DNA of 63,709 nt from a virus (Duplodnaviria; Caudoviricetes): IMG/VR virus record IMGVR_UViG_3300048850_000155, positions 1-63,709 of that record; one strand, 5' to 3'. Below, piece after piece: positions 28,449 to 38,745 of the stretch; the first letter of the stretch is position 1; each line of letters begins with the position of its first letter. The position numbers were made by a program, and so were the translations under genes. The notes under the pieces are model-generated. The model did no database searches. It was given only the letters and a program-made list of their open reading frames with translations, and had not been told where the DNA came from.

Positions 28449-29668
28449 TGGGCTTCTTCGATCGGTGGGTCGGCAAGCCCATAAAGCTGACCGACGGCGA
28501 GTTCTGGCGCGGGTTCTTCGGGCTCGGAACGACGTCTGGTGAGACTGTCGACTATGAGAAGGCGTTGGCTCTCGACGCCGTCTGGGCGTGCACGAACCTT
28601 TTGTCGAAGACGGTGAGCACCCTCCCGTGCATCGTTTACGACAAGGGCGGATCCGAGCCGGCAACCGATAATCCGCTCTACGAGCTTCTGCACGACCTTC
28701 CGAACCTCGACGACACTGCGGTCGAGTTCTGGTCGATGGCGGCAATGTCGCTCTGCCTGGACGGCAACTTCTTCGCCGAGAAGAAGACGAACAGCGGCCG
28801 GATCACGGCCCTCATTCCGCTGCACCCTCTCTGCGTTGACGTTGGGCGCAACAGCCGAAACGAACGCGTCTACACGGTGAAGGAGGACGGCAAGGAGCGC
28901 ACTGTAGGCGAGTCCGGCATGTTCCATGTCCGCGGCCAGCGCCTTCCGGGTTGCGACCGCGGCATGTCGCCCATTGGCGTCGTCCGGAACACCCTCGGGA
29001 ATGCGCTCGCCGGCGAGAAAATGGCCGGCAAGATGTTCGCCAATGGCTTCCAGGTGTCTGGTCTGCTGACGTCCGATCAGGTGCTCAAGCCGGAACAGCG
29101 CGCACAGCTCAGCGACATGCTGAAGCAGTATTCGGGGTCGCAGCTGGCGGGCAAGGTGGCTGTGCTCGAGGCTGGCCTCAAGTATCAGCAGCTGACCATC
29201 AACCCACAAGATGCGCAAATGCTAGAGACGCGAAAGTTCAGCGTCGAGCAGATCTGCCGCATTTTCGGTGTCCCGCCCATCATGATCGGGCACGCCGCGG
29301 AAGGCGTCACGACCTGGGGCTCAGGCGTCGAGCAGATTATCCTGCAGTTCACGAAGACAGGGTTGCGGCCGATGCTGAAGAACATCGAGGCCGCCATCTA
29401 TCGCGATCTGCTGGACGAAAAAACGCGCAAAGAGGTCAAGGTCGAGTTCAATCTCGAAGGCCTATTGCGTGGCGATAGTGCTGCACGTGCCTCGTTCTAC
29501 AGCACGATGGTACAGAACGGCATCTACAGCCGGAATTATGCGCGCAAGCTCGAAAACCTACCGCCGGCAGCCGGCGGAGATGAGCTCACGGCACAGACGA
29601 ACCTCGCGCCGATCGGCATGCTTGGCGCGGCTCTCGCGCCGCAGCCGGCGCAACCCATGGCCGCTTAG
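28448..29668 (+). CDS. HK97-family portal protein
   Basis: AVWAC, GMSPI, ICRIFGVPP, LLRGD. Confidence 0.95.
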   Translation: MGFFDRWVGKPIKLTDGEFWRGFFGLGTTSGETVDYEKALALDAVWACTNLLSKTVSTLPCIVYDKGGSEPATDNPLYELLHDLPNLDDTAVEFWSMAAMSLCLDGNFFAEKKTNSGRITALIPLHPLCVDVGRNSRNERVYTVKEDGKERTVGESGMFHVRGQRLPGCDRGMSPIGVVRNTLGNALAGEKMAGKMFANGFQVSGLLTSDQVLKPEQRAQLSDMLKQYSGSQLAGKVAVLEAGLKYQQLTINPQDAQMLETRKFSVEQICRIFGVPPIMIGHAAEGVTTWGSGVEQIILQFTKTGLRPMLKNIEAAIYRDLLDEKTRKEVKVEFNLEGLLRGDSAARASFYSTMVQNGIYSRNYARKLENLPPAAGGDELTAQTNLAPIGMLGAALAPQPAQPMAA

Positions 29669-29676
29669 GACACCCG

Positions 29677-30792
29677 ATGAAATATAGCCATATTCTTTCG
29701 GCGTTCGCGGCCGAGCCGTGGGCGATTGCGCCCGAAAAGCTCGAAGTGATCACCGACTTCCTCCTGTTCAAGGCGGACGGCGGCCATTACAGCGCCGAAG
29801 AGCTTGCGGCGCGCATCACGAAGAAGCGCGAGGCAGAGATCGCCCGCCAGGACGGCAATGTTGCCGTGATCCCCGTCTACGGCGTGCTGGCACAGCGCGT
29901 CGATATGATGTCGGAGATCAGCGGCGGCACGTCGTACCTGTCGCTGACCGGCGCGCTTCATGCCGCTGTGGCCAACGATGATGTCAAGGCGGTGGTTCTC
30001 GATATCGACAGCCCCGGTGGCGCCGTCCCCGGCACGGACGAACTGGCGACCGAGATCCGCCGGCTCCGCGGCGGCGACAAGCCGATCGTAGCGCAGGTGA
30101 ACAGCCTCGCCGCGAGCGCGGCCTATTGGCTCGCCAGCGCGGCCGACGAGATCGTGGTCACGCCTTCCGGGCGCGCCGGGTCAATCGGCGTCTATACGGC
30201 CCATGATGACGTATCGCAGTTCCTAGAGCAGCATGGCGTCAAGCGCACGTACATCTCGGCCGGCAAGTACAAGGTCGAGGGCAACGAGACCGAGCCGCTG
30301 GGCGAGGACGCCCGGTCGTTCATCCAGGAGCGGGTCGACTACTCCTATAAGCGGTTCGTGGCTGCCGTTGCCGAGGGGCGCGGTGTCTCCAAGAGCCGCG
30401 TCGAGGACAGCTACGGCCAGGGCAGGGTGTTCTTCGCGGAAGAGCTTCTGGACCGTGGCATGGCGGATAAGATCGCCACCCTCGACGAGACGCTAGGCCG
30501 GTTCGGTGCGAGTGCGGAACCGGACGCCGTCAGGCGCGTGAAGGCGGCAAATGCCTCTCGTGCCGAGGCCGCTGAGACTTTGGCTGCCAAGTTTCGCGCT
30601 GGCGAGCCCATTACAAAACGCGAGTTCGAGAACGGCCTCAAGGGTCTTGTTGGCTGTACGAACTCGGAGGCAGAGCGGGCCGCCCGGCTCTACCTCAAGA
30701 CTGATCAGGGGGAGCCTGATGTCGTGGCGGACGAAGCTGCTTTGGCAGCAATGGATCGGCTCTTGGCCGACGCAAGATCTTTCTCAATCTAA
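29677..30792 (+). CDS. S49-family head maturation protease
   Basis: IDSPGG, AASAAYWLAS, GSIGV, SAGKYK. Confidence 0.92.
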   Translation: MKYSHILSAFAAEPWAIAPEKLEVITDFLLFKADGGHYSAEELAARITKKREAEIARQDGNVAVIPVYGVLAQRVDMMSEISGGTSYLSLTGALHAAVANDDVKAVVLDIDSPGGAVPGTDELATEIRRLRGGDKPIVAQVNSLAASAAYWLASAADEIVVTPSGRAGSIGVYTAHDDVSQFLEQHGVKRTYISAGKYKVEGNETEPLGEDARSFIQERVDYSYKRFVAAVAEGRGVSKSRVEDSYGQGRVFFAEELLDRGMADKIATLDETLGRFGASAEPDAVRRVKAANASRAEAAETLAAKFRAGEPITKREFENGLKGLVGCTNSEAERAARLYLKTDQGEPDVVADEAALAAMDRLLADARSFSI

Positions 30793-30806
30793 GGGTTTCC
30801 CCACAC

Positions 30807-32030
30807 ATGGCAGATAATCAGGCGCTCGCCGACAAGATCGGCGAGCTCGGCACTTCGCTCGCGTCCATCAAAGAGCAGGTGCAGAATATCGGCGCTGATT
30901 TCACCGAGAAGCTGAAGGCTTCCGGCGAGGTCTCCACCGAGCTCAAGGAAAAGACCGATAAGGCGCTCGCCGAGCTCGGCGACGTGACCACCAGGCTCTC
31001 CGGCCTGGAAAAGCGTGCCGCCCGCGAAAAGGAAATGGTCGAGAGCGGTCCCAAGTCGCTCGGTGAGCTCGTGCTCGAAAGCGCCGAGTTCAAGGCGGCA
31101 AAGCTCGACGGTGGTTCGCGGGGCTCCGTGCGCGTGAAGGTGAGCCGCGGCGAGTTGGCCGACATCACCTCGGCGAACACCACGGTCGGCACCGGACGGT
31201 CGCAGGGCACCTCGCTCGTTCCCGCGCAGCGGATTCCGGGCATCGTCGCCCCGCCCAACCGGGCCATGACGATCCGCGATCTACTCGCTCCTGGCCAGAC
31301 CGACTCCAGCAACGTGGAGTACGTCAAGGAGACCGGCTTCACCAATAACGCGGCGCCGGTCGCTGAAGGTGCGTTGAAGCCGAAGTCGGACATCACGTTC
31401 GACCTTGTGAGTGCGCCTGTCCGCACGATCGCGCACATCTTCAAGGCGAGCCGCCAGATCCTTGACGACGCAGCCGGCCTGCGCTCCTACATCGACGCAC
31501 GCGCTCGATACGGGCTGCAGTTCAAAGAGGAAGTGCAGCTGCTCACTGGCGATGGCGCCGGCCAGAACCTGCACGGGCTTGTTCCGCAGGCGACGGCGTT
31601 TGCCCCGGCCTTTACTCCGACGGGCGAAACCGGCATCGATCGTCTTCGGCTCGCGGTTCTTCAGGTCGTTCTGGCCGAATACCCGGCGTCTGCCTTCGTG
31701 CTGAACCCGATCGACTGGACGAAGATCGAGCTCACCAAGGACCTGGGCAACAACTACATCATCGGCAATCCGCAGAATGGCATCTCGCCGACGCTGTGGA
31801 ACCTTCCGGTCGTGCAGACGCAGGCGATGGCCGTGGGCGAGTTCCTCACCGGCGCGTTCAACATGGCTGCGCAGATCTACGATCGCCTGGAGATCGAGGT
31901 CCTGCTTTCGAGCGAGAACGTGGACGACTTCGAGAAGAACATGTTCACGATCCGCGCTGAAGAGCGGCTGGCCCTGGCTGTGTATCGGCCGGAGGCGTTT
32001 GTCACCGGCGACGTCGAGGCCGCTGGCTAA
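30807..32030 (+). CDS. HK97-fold major capsid protein
   Basis: VAEGALKPKS, FEKNMFTIRAEERLALAVYRPEAF. Confidence 0.95.
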   Translation: MADNQALADKIGELGTSLASIKEQVQNIGADFTEKLKASGEVSTELKEKTDKALAELGDVTTRLSGLEKRAAREKEMVESGPKSLGELVLESAEFKAAKLDGGSRGSVRVKVSRGELADITSANTTVGTGRSQGTSLVPAQRIPGIVAPPNRAMTIRDLLAPGQTDSSNVEYVKETGFTNNAAPVAEGALKPKSDITFDLVSAPVRTIAHIFKASRQILDDAAGLRSYIDARARYGLQFKEEVQLLTGDGAGQNLHGLVPQATAFAPAFTPTGETGIDRLRLAVLQVVLAEYPASAFVLNPIDWTKIELTKDLGNNYIIGNPQNGISPTLWNLPVVQTQAMAVGEFLTGAFNMAAQIYDRLEIEVLLSSENVDDFEKNMFTIRAEERLALAVYRPEAFVTGDVEAAG

Positions 32031-32079
32031 CTGAGACGGGGCGGCTTAGACGCCGCCCCACTCCCATCAGGGAAGCCAG

Positions 32080-32313
32080 ATGACCAATCTTCTCACCGTG
32101 AAGCCTGTCCGCACATTCTTTGACGGAGAGGTCCTGCGCACGAAGCGCAGCCAGCCGTACGGCGCTGAGCGCAGCAAGGCGCTTCAGCTCATCGCCCAGG
32201 GGTTGGTCGTTCGACACGACGAGGTCGTTGCGTCGGAGCCAACGCCCGATGCTTCACCGACACCAGCGCGGAAGCGCGGAAAAGGCACGCATAATGATCA
32301 GCACGAAGCTTAG
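32080..32313 (+). CDS. Small head-associated hypothetical protein
   Basis: Position after capsid; ALQLIAQGLV. Confidence 0.5.
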   Translation: MTNLLTVKPVRTFFDGEVLRTKRSQPYGAERSKALQLIAQGLVVRHDEVVASEPTPDASPTPARKRGKGTHNDQHEA

Positions 32314-32641
32314 GAAACGCCGTGTGGCGAGCTACATCGGCGCTGATGTCGTCGTGCTTCCTGCCGCCCCCGCCAACACGGTCGCTCCGACGATCACGGG
32401 ATCCGCCCAGGTCGGGCAAGTCCTGACGGCCGCAGACGGAACGTGGACGGGGTCGCCCGCTCCGACTCTTACGCGACAGTGGAAAGCGGATGGGGTTGCC
32501 ATTCCCGGGGCTACGATCTTGACTTACAGCCCGGTCGAGGCGGACGTGGGCAAGGTCATCACAGTGACGGTGACGGCAACAAACAGCACCGGTACAGCCA
32601 GCGCGACCAGCGCCGCAACAACTGCGGTAGTGGCGGCATAA
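32294..32641 (+). CDS. Ig-like virion decoration protein
   Basis: PANTVAPTITGSAQVGQVLT...QW...ITVTVTATN. Confidence 0.75.
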   Translation: MISTKLRKRRVASYIGADVVVLPAAPANTVAPTITGSAQVGQVLTAADGTWTGSPAPTLTRQWKADGVAIPGATILTYSPVEADVGKVITVTVTATNSTGTASATSAATTAVVAA

Positions 32642-32644
32642 GGC

Positions 32645-33001
32645 ATGGTCGACACTCTGATCACGCTCGATGACGTCAAGAGGCACCTAAGGGTCGACTA
32701 CGCGGACGACGACGTGCTGATCGCCGGGTACTTGGCCGCCGCTGAGGACGTGATCGGCAATTATCTCGATCGCAAACTCTATGCCGAGGGCGCGACAGTG
32801 CCGGACGACGATCCCGATGGGATTGTGCTGCCCTCGGCAGTGCGCTCGGCCATCTACCTGCTCACCGGTCACCTGTTTGAAAACAGGGAATCCGTCGTGA
32901 TCGGCAAGACGGCCATAGACCTGCCCATGGCGGTGCGCTTCCTGCTTGCGCCTTATCGTGTTTGGCGTCTCATGCCGTGCGATGCCGTGGGGTCTGCGTA
33001 A
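32645..33001 (+). CDS. Head-tail connector (gp6-like)
   Basis: TLDDVKRHLRVD..DDD, LLTGHLFENRE. Confidence 0.92.
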   Translation: MVDTLITLDDVKRHLRVDYADDDVLIAGYLAAAEDVIGNYLDRKLYAEGATVPDDDPDGIVLPSAVRSAIYLLTGHLFENRESVVIGKTAIDLPMAVRFLLAPYRVWRLMPCDAVGSA

Positions 33002-33303
33002 TGCCCTGGGTCCGCTTTACGGCGAACTTCGACTGGTCACCAACGCGGCAAGTCGACATTGCCTACAAGGCCGGCACGGTCGCTCTGGTCACCCGCCGCT
33101 GCGCAATAACGGCGCTTGCCGCGGATAAGGCCGAGCGCGTTGAGAAGCCGACGGAGGATGACAAGGAACCACAGCTATGTCAGCAGGTGAGCTGCGCGAG
33201 CTCGTCGCTTTCGAGCGGCGAGAGGAAATCGATGACGGCTACGGCAACGTCGATGGCGCCTGGGTGGAGCAGTTTCGCACGGCCGCCCGCATCCAGCCGC
33301 TGA
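33001..33303 (+). CDS. Phage hypothetical protein
   Basis: MPWVRFTANFDW; 3' part overlaps next gene. Confidence 0.45.
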   Translation: MPWVRFTANFDWSPTRQVDIAYKAGTVALVTRRCAITALAADKAERVEKPTEDDKEPQLCQQVSCASSSLSSGERKSMTATATSMAPGWSSFARPPASSR

Positions 33304-33515
33304 AGGGCGGCGAGGCGGTGCAGGCGGCCCGCCTTGCGGGCACGCAGCCGGTGGTTATCCGTGTGCGGTATTGTACTGCGGCGCGCTCGGTGGTGCCCGC
33401 TTGGCGCGCCCGCGACGCCCGGTCCGGCACGATCTACAACTTGCGCTCAGCAGCCAACATGGATGAGCATCGGCGCTATATCGACTTCCTCGCCGACGCC
33501 GGGGTGGCGACCTGA
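33177..33515 (+). CDS. Head closure/head-tail adaptor
   Basis: MSAGELRE...DDGYG...IQPLKGGE. Confidence 0.88.
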   Translation: MSAGELRELVAFERREEIDDGYGNVDGAWVEQFRTAARIQPLKGGEAVQAARLAGTQPVVIRVRYCTAARSVVPAWRARDARSGTIYNLRSAANMDEHRRYIDFLADAGVAT

Positions 33516-34021
33516 TGGCTACGAAGATGCAGGGACGCGAGGCGCTGGTCCGGAAGTTAAAAGCTCTGTCGCCGGCAACGAGGTCCGCCATCAAGCAGGC
33601 CATCGCGCAGGGCGCTGACGAACTCGTCGCCCTCCAGAAGAGATTGGCACCCGTCAGCGCAAGCGGGAGCCACGGCAACGCCCCCGGCGCGTTGCGCGAC
33701 AGCATCGTGCAGACCTGGGGCGGTCAGGCAGGGCCAAAATATGCCTCCCTTCGCGGCGGCTCGCCGGTGGAAGGCGACCCCGATCTTAGTGTCCTCATCA
33801 CGGCGGGCAACAGCGCAGTGCGCTACGCCCACCTGGTAGAGTTCGGTACAGCGCCACACACGAACGGCGGCAAGTTCGCAGGCACGCAGAACCCCGGCAC
33901 GTCGGCTCACCCCTTCTTTTATTCCCCCTATCGCGCCCTGAAGCGCCGCATCAAATCGCGCATTACGCGCGCGACAACGAAGGCCGCGAAGGCCGTTGCA
34001 GCGGGAGGCGGGGGCACATGA
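33515..34021 (+). CDS. HK97 gp10-family neck protein
   Basis: GALRDSI, YAHLVEFGT, AHPFF. Confidence 0.88.
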   Translation: MATKMQGREALVRKLKALSPATRSAIKQAIAQGADELVALQKRLAPVSASGSHGNAPGALRDSIVQTWGGQAGPKYASLRGGSPVEGDPDLSVLITAGNSAVRYAHLVEFGTAPHTNGGKFAGTQNPGTSAHPFFYSPYRALKRRIKSRITRATTKAAKAVAAGGGGT

Positions 34022-34425
34022 GCGAACCGAGCTTAGCGCTCCAGGGCGCCGCCGTTGCGGCGCTGAAGGCCAATGCGGCGGTCGCCGCACTGATCGGCGC
34101 GAAGGTCTACGACCGGGTTCCGGAGCAGTTGCAGGCACCCTACGCCAACGTCGCGGACTTCCAAACAATCCAAGACGATGCCGCGTGCATCGACGGCACT
34201 GAGATCTATTTCAGCGTGCACTGCTGGTCGACGGCTGTCGGACGGGTTGAGGCAGCGAAGATCGCTGGCGCTGTGCAGCGCTGCCTGCACGGTGCGGAAC
34301 CGGAGCTCGCCGACGGATATGCGCTCGTGCTGCTCGAGCACCGCGACACGCGATACCTGGATGACCCTGACGGCCTAACCACGCACGCTGTGGTGACGTT
34401 CAGGGCGCTCGTCGACGCACAGTAG
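34018..34425 (+). CDS. DUF3168 tail terminator
   Basis: LQGAAVAAL, VYDRVP, DPDGLTTHAVV. Confidence 0.88.
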   Translation: MSEPSLALQGAAVAALKANAAVAALIGAKVYDRVPEQLQAPYANVADFQTIQDDAACIDGTEIYFSVHCWSTAVGRVEAAKIAGAVQRCLHGAEPELADGYALVLLEHRDTRYLDDPDGLTTHAVVTFRALVDAQ

Positions 34426-34488
34426 CGCAAAACTTCCTTCCCGCATTTCCGGCCGCCATGAGCGGCCTTTTTCGTTTGGAGGCCACCA

Positions 34489-34941
34489 GTGGCAAAACCC
34501 ACCACCCTTAGCGCGGCGAAGCTGCTCATTATGCTCGGCGACGGCGCGAGCCCGACCGAAGTGTTCGCCGCTCCCTGCGGCCTGACGACCAAGGGCATCA
34601 ACTTTTCGGCCGCGTCGAACGATATCACCGTCCCGGACTGCGACGATCCCGACGCCGCGTCCTGGTCTGAACGCGTGATCAGCGCTCTGTCCGGCACGGT
34701 GTCCGGCTCCGGCGTTTTGGCCATGGAATCCCTGGAGACCTGGCGCGATTATTTCTTCGGCGGCGTCAGCAAGAATGCCCGCGTGAAGATCGATACCACG
34801 CTGGCGAACAACGGCGGCTATTTCGAGGGTGCGTTCATTCTCACGACGTTCAATATCACCGGTGAGATCGGCAACAAGATCCAGGTCGAGATTGAGCTTC
34901 AGAACGACGGCCCCGTGACTTGGGTTGCCGCCAGCGCATGA
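34489..34941 (+). CDS. Tail tube protein
   Basis: APCGLT, VPDCDDPD, SGSGV. Confidence 0.85.
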   Translation: MAKPTTLSAAKLLIMLGDGASPTEVFAAPCGLTTKGINFSAASNDITVPDCDDPDAASWSERVISALSGTVSGSGVLAMESLETWRDYFFGGVSKNARVKIDTTLANNGGYFEGAFILTTFNITGEIGNKIQVEIELQNDGPVTWVAASA

Positions 34942-35339
34942 GCTCAGATGGCTCGATCACGTTTCCATGGGCTGATGGCGAGTACCGATTCCGGCTCGCC
35001 ATCGGCCAGTTGAGGGAACTCCAGGATAAGAGCAACGCCGGCCCGGCGGAGCTCGTTCAGCGCCTGACGGTTGGAACATGGCGCGTTGACGACATCCGAG
35101 AGACGCTTCGGCTGGGATTGATCGGCGGGGGCATGAAGCCGACCGAAGCTCTCGTCCTCGTTAAGCGCTATGTCGACGATCGCCCCTGGCTCGAGAACGT
35201 CCACCCCGCCCACGCGGTGCTTATGGCCGCGCTGGTCGGGGACCCGAACGAACCGGTGGGAAAAGACGAGGCGGCAGCGACCGAACCGGAGACGGACGGC
35301 TCCCCGTTGCCGCTCTCTATGGATCAGGAGCCGTCTTAG
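34938..35339 (+). CDS. Tail assembly chaperone (GTA gp10-like, gpG)
   Basis: FRLAIGQLRELQ, IRETLRLGLIGGG. Confidence 0.85.
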   Translation: MSSDGSITFPWADGEYRFRLAIGQLRELQDKSNAGPAELVQRLTVGTWRVDDIRETLRLGLIGGGMKPTEALVLVKRYVDDRPWLENVHPAHAVLMAALVGDPNEPVGKDEAAATEPETDGSPLPLSMDQEPS

Positions 35340-35500
35340 GTTGGACACCGCGGCAGGTCGACGACACGTCGCTCTGGGAATTCGCGGCTGCCATCGACGG
35401 GTGGAACGCGGCCAACGGCGCCGAGACGGCTGTCGAGCCGATGAGCGCTGAAGAGTTCGACGATCTTGTCGAGAAATATGCGTGGGTGGCGGCGGCTTAG
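35258..35500 (+). CDS. -1 frameshift extension of tail chaperone (gpGT), slippery site GGGAAAA
   Basis: G GGA AAA in frame at 35258-35264; -1 frame reads ...LGWTPRQVDDTSLWEF...EEFDDL to TAG 35500. Confidence 0.8.
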   Translation, partial: GKRRGGSDRTGDGRLPVAALYGSGAVLGWTPRQVDDTSLWEFAAAIDGWNAANGAETAVEPMSAEEFDDLVEKYAWVAAA

Positions 35501-35515
35501 TGCCGCCGGCGCCAG

Positions 35516-35833
35516 CTAAAGAGAGCAATATGCGATCTGTTGGTCGCCGCTGAATGGCGAGTAGATCCTGATCTGCCAACCTTGATCAAAGGCAATCCCT
35601 TGCCCCCTGACCATCTGCGCTACTCCTTGGCAGATCTTACGAGCTTCCGTCGAAGTGGTGTCAATCGAAACGTCGACCGAACTGGCCCAGCCAGAGACTT
35701 CGCATTTCTTACTGAGCATGCCGGTGGAGTCGAAGACCGAGCATAGCTTGAATGCGCTGTCGACTGAGGTTGCTTGCGCCGCCGCGGGTGAGATCAAGAC
35801 CATCCCGGCAACCGCCGCTATTGCCAATTTCAT
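35516..35833 (-). CDS. Secreted moron protein (signal peptide, 4 Cys)
   Basis: MKLAIAAVAGMVLISPAAA; antisense insertion before tape measure. Confidence 0.65.
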   Translation of the reverse strand: MKLAIAAVAGMVLISPAAAQATSVDSAFKLCSVFDSTGMLSKKCEVSGWASSVDVSIDTTSTEARKICQGVAQMVRGQGIAFDQGWQIRIYSPFSGDQQIAYCSL

Positions 35834-35868
35834 CGCTGCCCCCCGATAATTAGGTTCAAGGTTCATCC

Positions 35869-38745
35869 ATGGCCACCGATCTCGAAACACTCGTTGTCTC
35901 GCTCGAGGCCAGGGTCAAGGGTTACGAGTCCGCGCTCAGGAAAGCAACTGGTGTCGCGGACCAGCGTGCGCGAGAAATCGAGCGCAGGTTCGACGCAGCC
36001 AGCACTCGAATCTCGTCTTCATTCGAGGGCATTGGGAGTGCTGCGAGCCGGGGGCTGGCCGCAATAGGCGTTGGCCTTGGCGCGCGCGAGATTCAAACCC
36101 TGGCCGATACCTTCACGCGGGCGAACAACGTCCTCAAGGTGTCCGGCGTTTCCGCGGCGGATCTCGGCACGATCTTCGAGAGCCTGTACCAAACGGCGCA
36201 GAAGTACGGCACCTCGCTCGAGCCGGTTGTCACGCTTTACGGCCGTGGATCGCAGGCCGCCAAGGAGCTCGGCGCAAGCCAGCAAGACCTGCTGAAATTC
36301 ACCGAGGGCGTCAGCGCTGCTCTCAAGGTCCAGGGTGTCAGCTCCGCAGCGGCCTCCGGCGCGCTGTTGCAGTTGTCGCAGCTGCTTGGCAGCGGCACGG
36401 TCCATGCCGAGGAATTCAACTCGGTCAACGAGAGCGCCCGGCCGATCCTTCAGGCTGTCGCTAACAATCTGGATGCTGCCGGCGGCTCCGTCGCAAAGCT
36501 CAAGACGCTTGTCAATGAGGGCGCGGTTTCGTCGCGCGACTTCTTTCAGGCGTTCCAGAAAGGAATTCCTGATCTAATTACGCAGGCCTCCCAGGCCGCG
36601 ACGACGATCTCGCAGGCGTTCACCCAGGTCGAGAATGCGCTGACCAAGTACATCGGTCAGTCGGACTCGTCTCTTGGGGCCACGCAGCGGATCGCGCAGG
36701 CGCTCGGCGCGCTGGCGCAGAACTTCGACACCGTCGCCAATGCGGTCATCATCCTGGCTGTTGCTTTCGGCTCGCGACTCGCCGTTAGCTCCGTGGCGGC
36801 GGCGGCGGCCTCGTCCGGCCTGTCGGCCGCCATAATGCGTCAGGTGGCTGCGTTCCGCATTGCCGCCGCCATTTCTGGGAGCTACGGCACGGCGTTGTCG
36901 GCGATGGCGTCACGCGCCACCGTAGCGGCTACCGCCATGGGCGTTCTGCGCGGCGGTCTCGCGCTGGTCGGCGGCCCTGTCGGCGCCGTCATCACGGGAC
37001 TGTCGCTGGCGTTCCTCTACGTCGGTCAGCGCACGCAAGAGGCGACCGAATATTCGAAGCTCTATGCCGCGGCCCTCGATGACATCAAGGGCAAGGCGAA
37101 AGAGGCCGGCGATGCATCAAAGGACGCTGCTACCCAGTTCGTTGAGACCCAGCGCGAGAGCCTGACGCGTACGATCAATGAAGCTACGCGCCAGCTTCAG
37201 GATGCAAGAAGCGAGCTAACTAATGCCCTTGCCGGGCAGGTAACGCCAGACTTTCTGGCAGGTTTCGTCGGCGCCGGCCGCGAGGTCAATGACCAGTGGA
37301 AGGACATCCTACAGAAGTTCAAGGAGGGCAAGCTCTCCGCAGCGGAGGTTAGAGAGGAATTGGCCGGCATGGCCAATTCCGGTCTACCGAACCTAATCCC
37401 GCAGTTCGACGACCTGATCAATCGCGCTGCCGCTGCCGCTAAGGTCGTTTCTGATCTCAAGAGCCGGCTGGATAGTTTGGGCAATGGGCCGGCCCTCTCC
37501 GAGTCGATATCGCCGGTTGCCAATAATCCCCAGGTCAAGCAGCTGGGCGCTCAGTTTTTCTCGCAGGGCGTGATCGAGGATTCGCAGAAGTCGACGGAGC
37601 AAAAGCAACTTGAGGCGCGCACGCAGACACTGCTCAATGATGCAAAGAAAAAGGGCATCGATCTCAGCGAGCAGCAAGCGCAACAAACGGCCAAGCAGGC
37701 GATAGCCAACGAAAACGCGGTTAAGACGTCCGAGAAGGCTGCGCGATCGAGTTCCGGCTCGGGGACATCGCGCAAGTCTCCGGACGATCGCTTCGACCGC
37801 TCTCTCGACGGAACTCGCGAGCAGATTGCGCAGCTTGAGGCGGAGCGAGCAGGCCTGTCGCAGACCACCGAGGCGCGTGAGAAGGCGGCTGAGACGGTCA
37901 AGCTCTACGCCGACGCCAAGCGCGCCGGGTTGGCAGTCGATAAGGAAGGCATCCCGGTCGACGCGACGGTGCGGCAGCGGGTGGACGAACTCTCGACCGC
38001 CTACGGGCGCGCCGCGCAGGCCTTGGATGACGCCCGTCAAAAGCAACAGCAGTTTGGTGAGCTGCAGCAGTTCATCGGCGACAACCTGTCCTCGTTCTTC
38101 TCCGACATCGTGACCGGCTCGGCCACGGTCGAGGACTCGCTCAAGCGGATCGTGTCGGCTCTCGGCGATGCGGCGCTACAGGCCGCGCTCTTAGGCCAGG
38201 GGCCGCTTGCGGGGCTGTTCGGGACGTCGGGCACGGGCGGCAAAACCGGCGGCCTGATAGGGGCGCTAAGCGGGCTGTTTGGCGGATCAGGCGGGGGAGG
38301 CGCTTCGATCGCCGGCGGCTCTGGCGGTCTTTACGCGTTCGGCGGCTATACCGGACCCGGCGGCAAGTTCCAGCCGGCGGGTGTCGTCCATAAGGGCGAA
38401 TACGTCTTCGACGCCGCGGCGACGCGGCGCCTCGGCATCGGCAACCTGGAAGCGCTGCGCCGTGGCTATGCCAATGGCGGCTATGTCGGGGCGATGGGAA
38501 TTCCAAAAATGCCGACGATCCCGAGCGCTGCGGCACGTCAGGGCGGTAGTGGCGGTTTGAATGTCGTCGTGAACAACCACTCCGACTCGCAAGTCACCAC
38601 GCGCGAGAGCAAAGGGCCGGGCGGCACCAAGCAGCTCGAGGTGATGGTCGAGCAGGTGATACAGAAAAGCCTGTCCCGGAACGGACCCGTGGCGCGGCAG
38701 CTGCAGGGGACCTATGGCTTGAACAGGATGGGAGGGCGGCGCTGA
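35869..38745 (+). CDS. Tape measure protein
   Basis: 958-aa Ala-rich; LLQLSQLLGSG..AEEFNSV; AFGGYTGPGG..PAGVVHKGEYV. Confidence 0.95.
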   Translation: MATDLETLVVSLEARVKGYESALRKATGVADQRAREIERRFDAASTRISSSFEGIGSAASRGLAAIGVGLGAREIQTLADTFTRANNVLKVSGVSAADLGTIFESLYQTAQKYGTSLEPVVTLYGRGSQAAKELGASQQDLLKFTEGVSAALKVQGVSSAAASGALLQLSQLLGSGTVHAEEFNSVNESARPILQAVANNLDAAGGSVAKLKTLVNEGAVSSRDFFQAFQKGIPDLITQASQAATTISQAFTQVENALTKYIGQSDSSLGATQRIAQALGALAQNFDTVANAVIILAVAFGSRLAVSSVAAAAASSGLSAAIMRQVAAFRIAAAISGSYGTALSAMASRATVAATAMGVLRGGLALVGGPVGAVITGLSLAFLYVGQRTQEATEYSKLYAAALDDIKGKAKEAGDASKDAATQFVETQRESLTRTINEATRQLQDARSELTNALAGQVTPDFLAGFVGAGREVNDQWKDILQKFKEGKLSAAEVREELAGMANSGLPNLIPQFDDLINRAAAAAKVVSDLKSRLDSLGNGPALSESISPVANNPQVKQLGAQFFSQGVIEDSQKSTEQKQLEARTQTLLNDAKKKGIDLSEQQAQQTAKQAIANENAVKTSEKAARSSSGSGTSRKSPDDRFDRSLDGTREQIAQLEAERAGLSQTTEAREKAAETVKLYADAKRAGLAVDKEGIPVDATVRQRVDELSTAYGRAAQALDDARQKQQQFGELQQFIGDNLSSFFSDIVTGSATVEDSLKRIVSALGDAALQAALLGQGPLAGLFGTSGTGGKTGGLIGALSGLFGGSGGGGASIAGGSGGLYAFGGYTGPGGKFQPAGVVHKGEYVFDAAATRRLGIGNLEALRRGYANGGYVGAMGIPKMPTIPSAAARQGGSGGLNVVVNNHSDSQVTTRESKGPGGTKQLEVMVEQVIQKSLSRNGPVARQLQGTYGLNRMGGRR

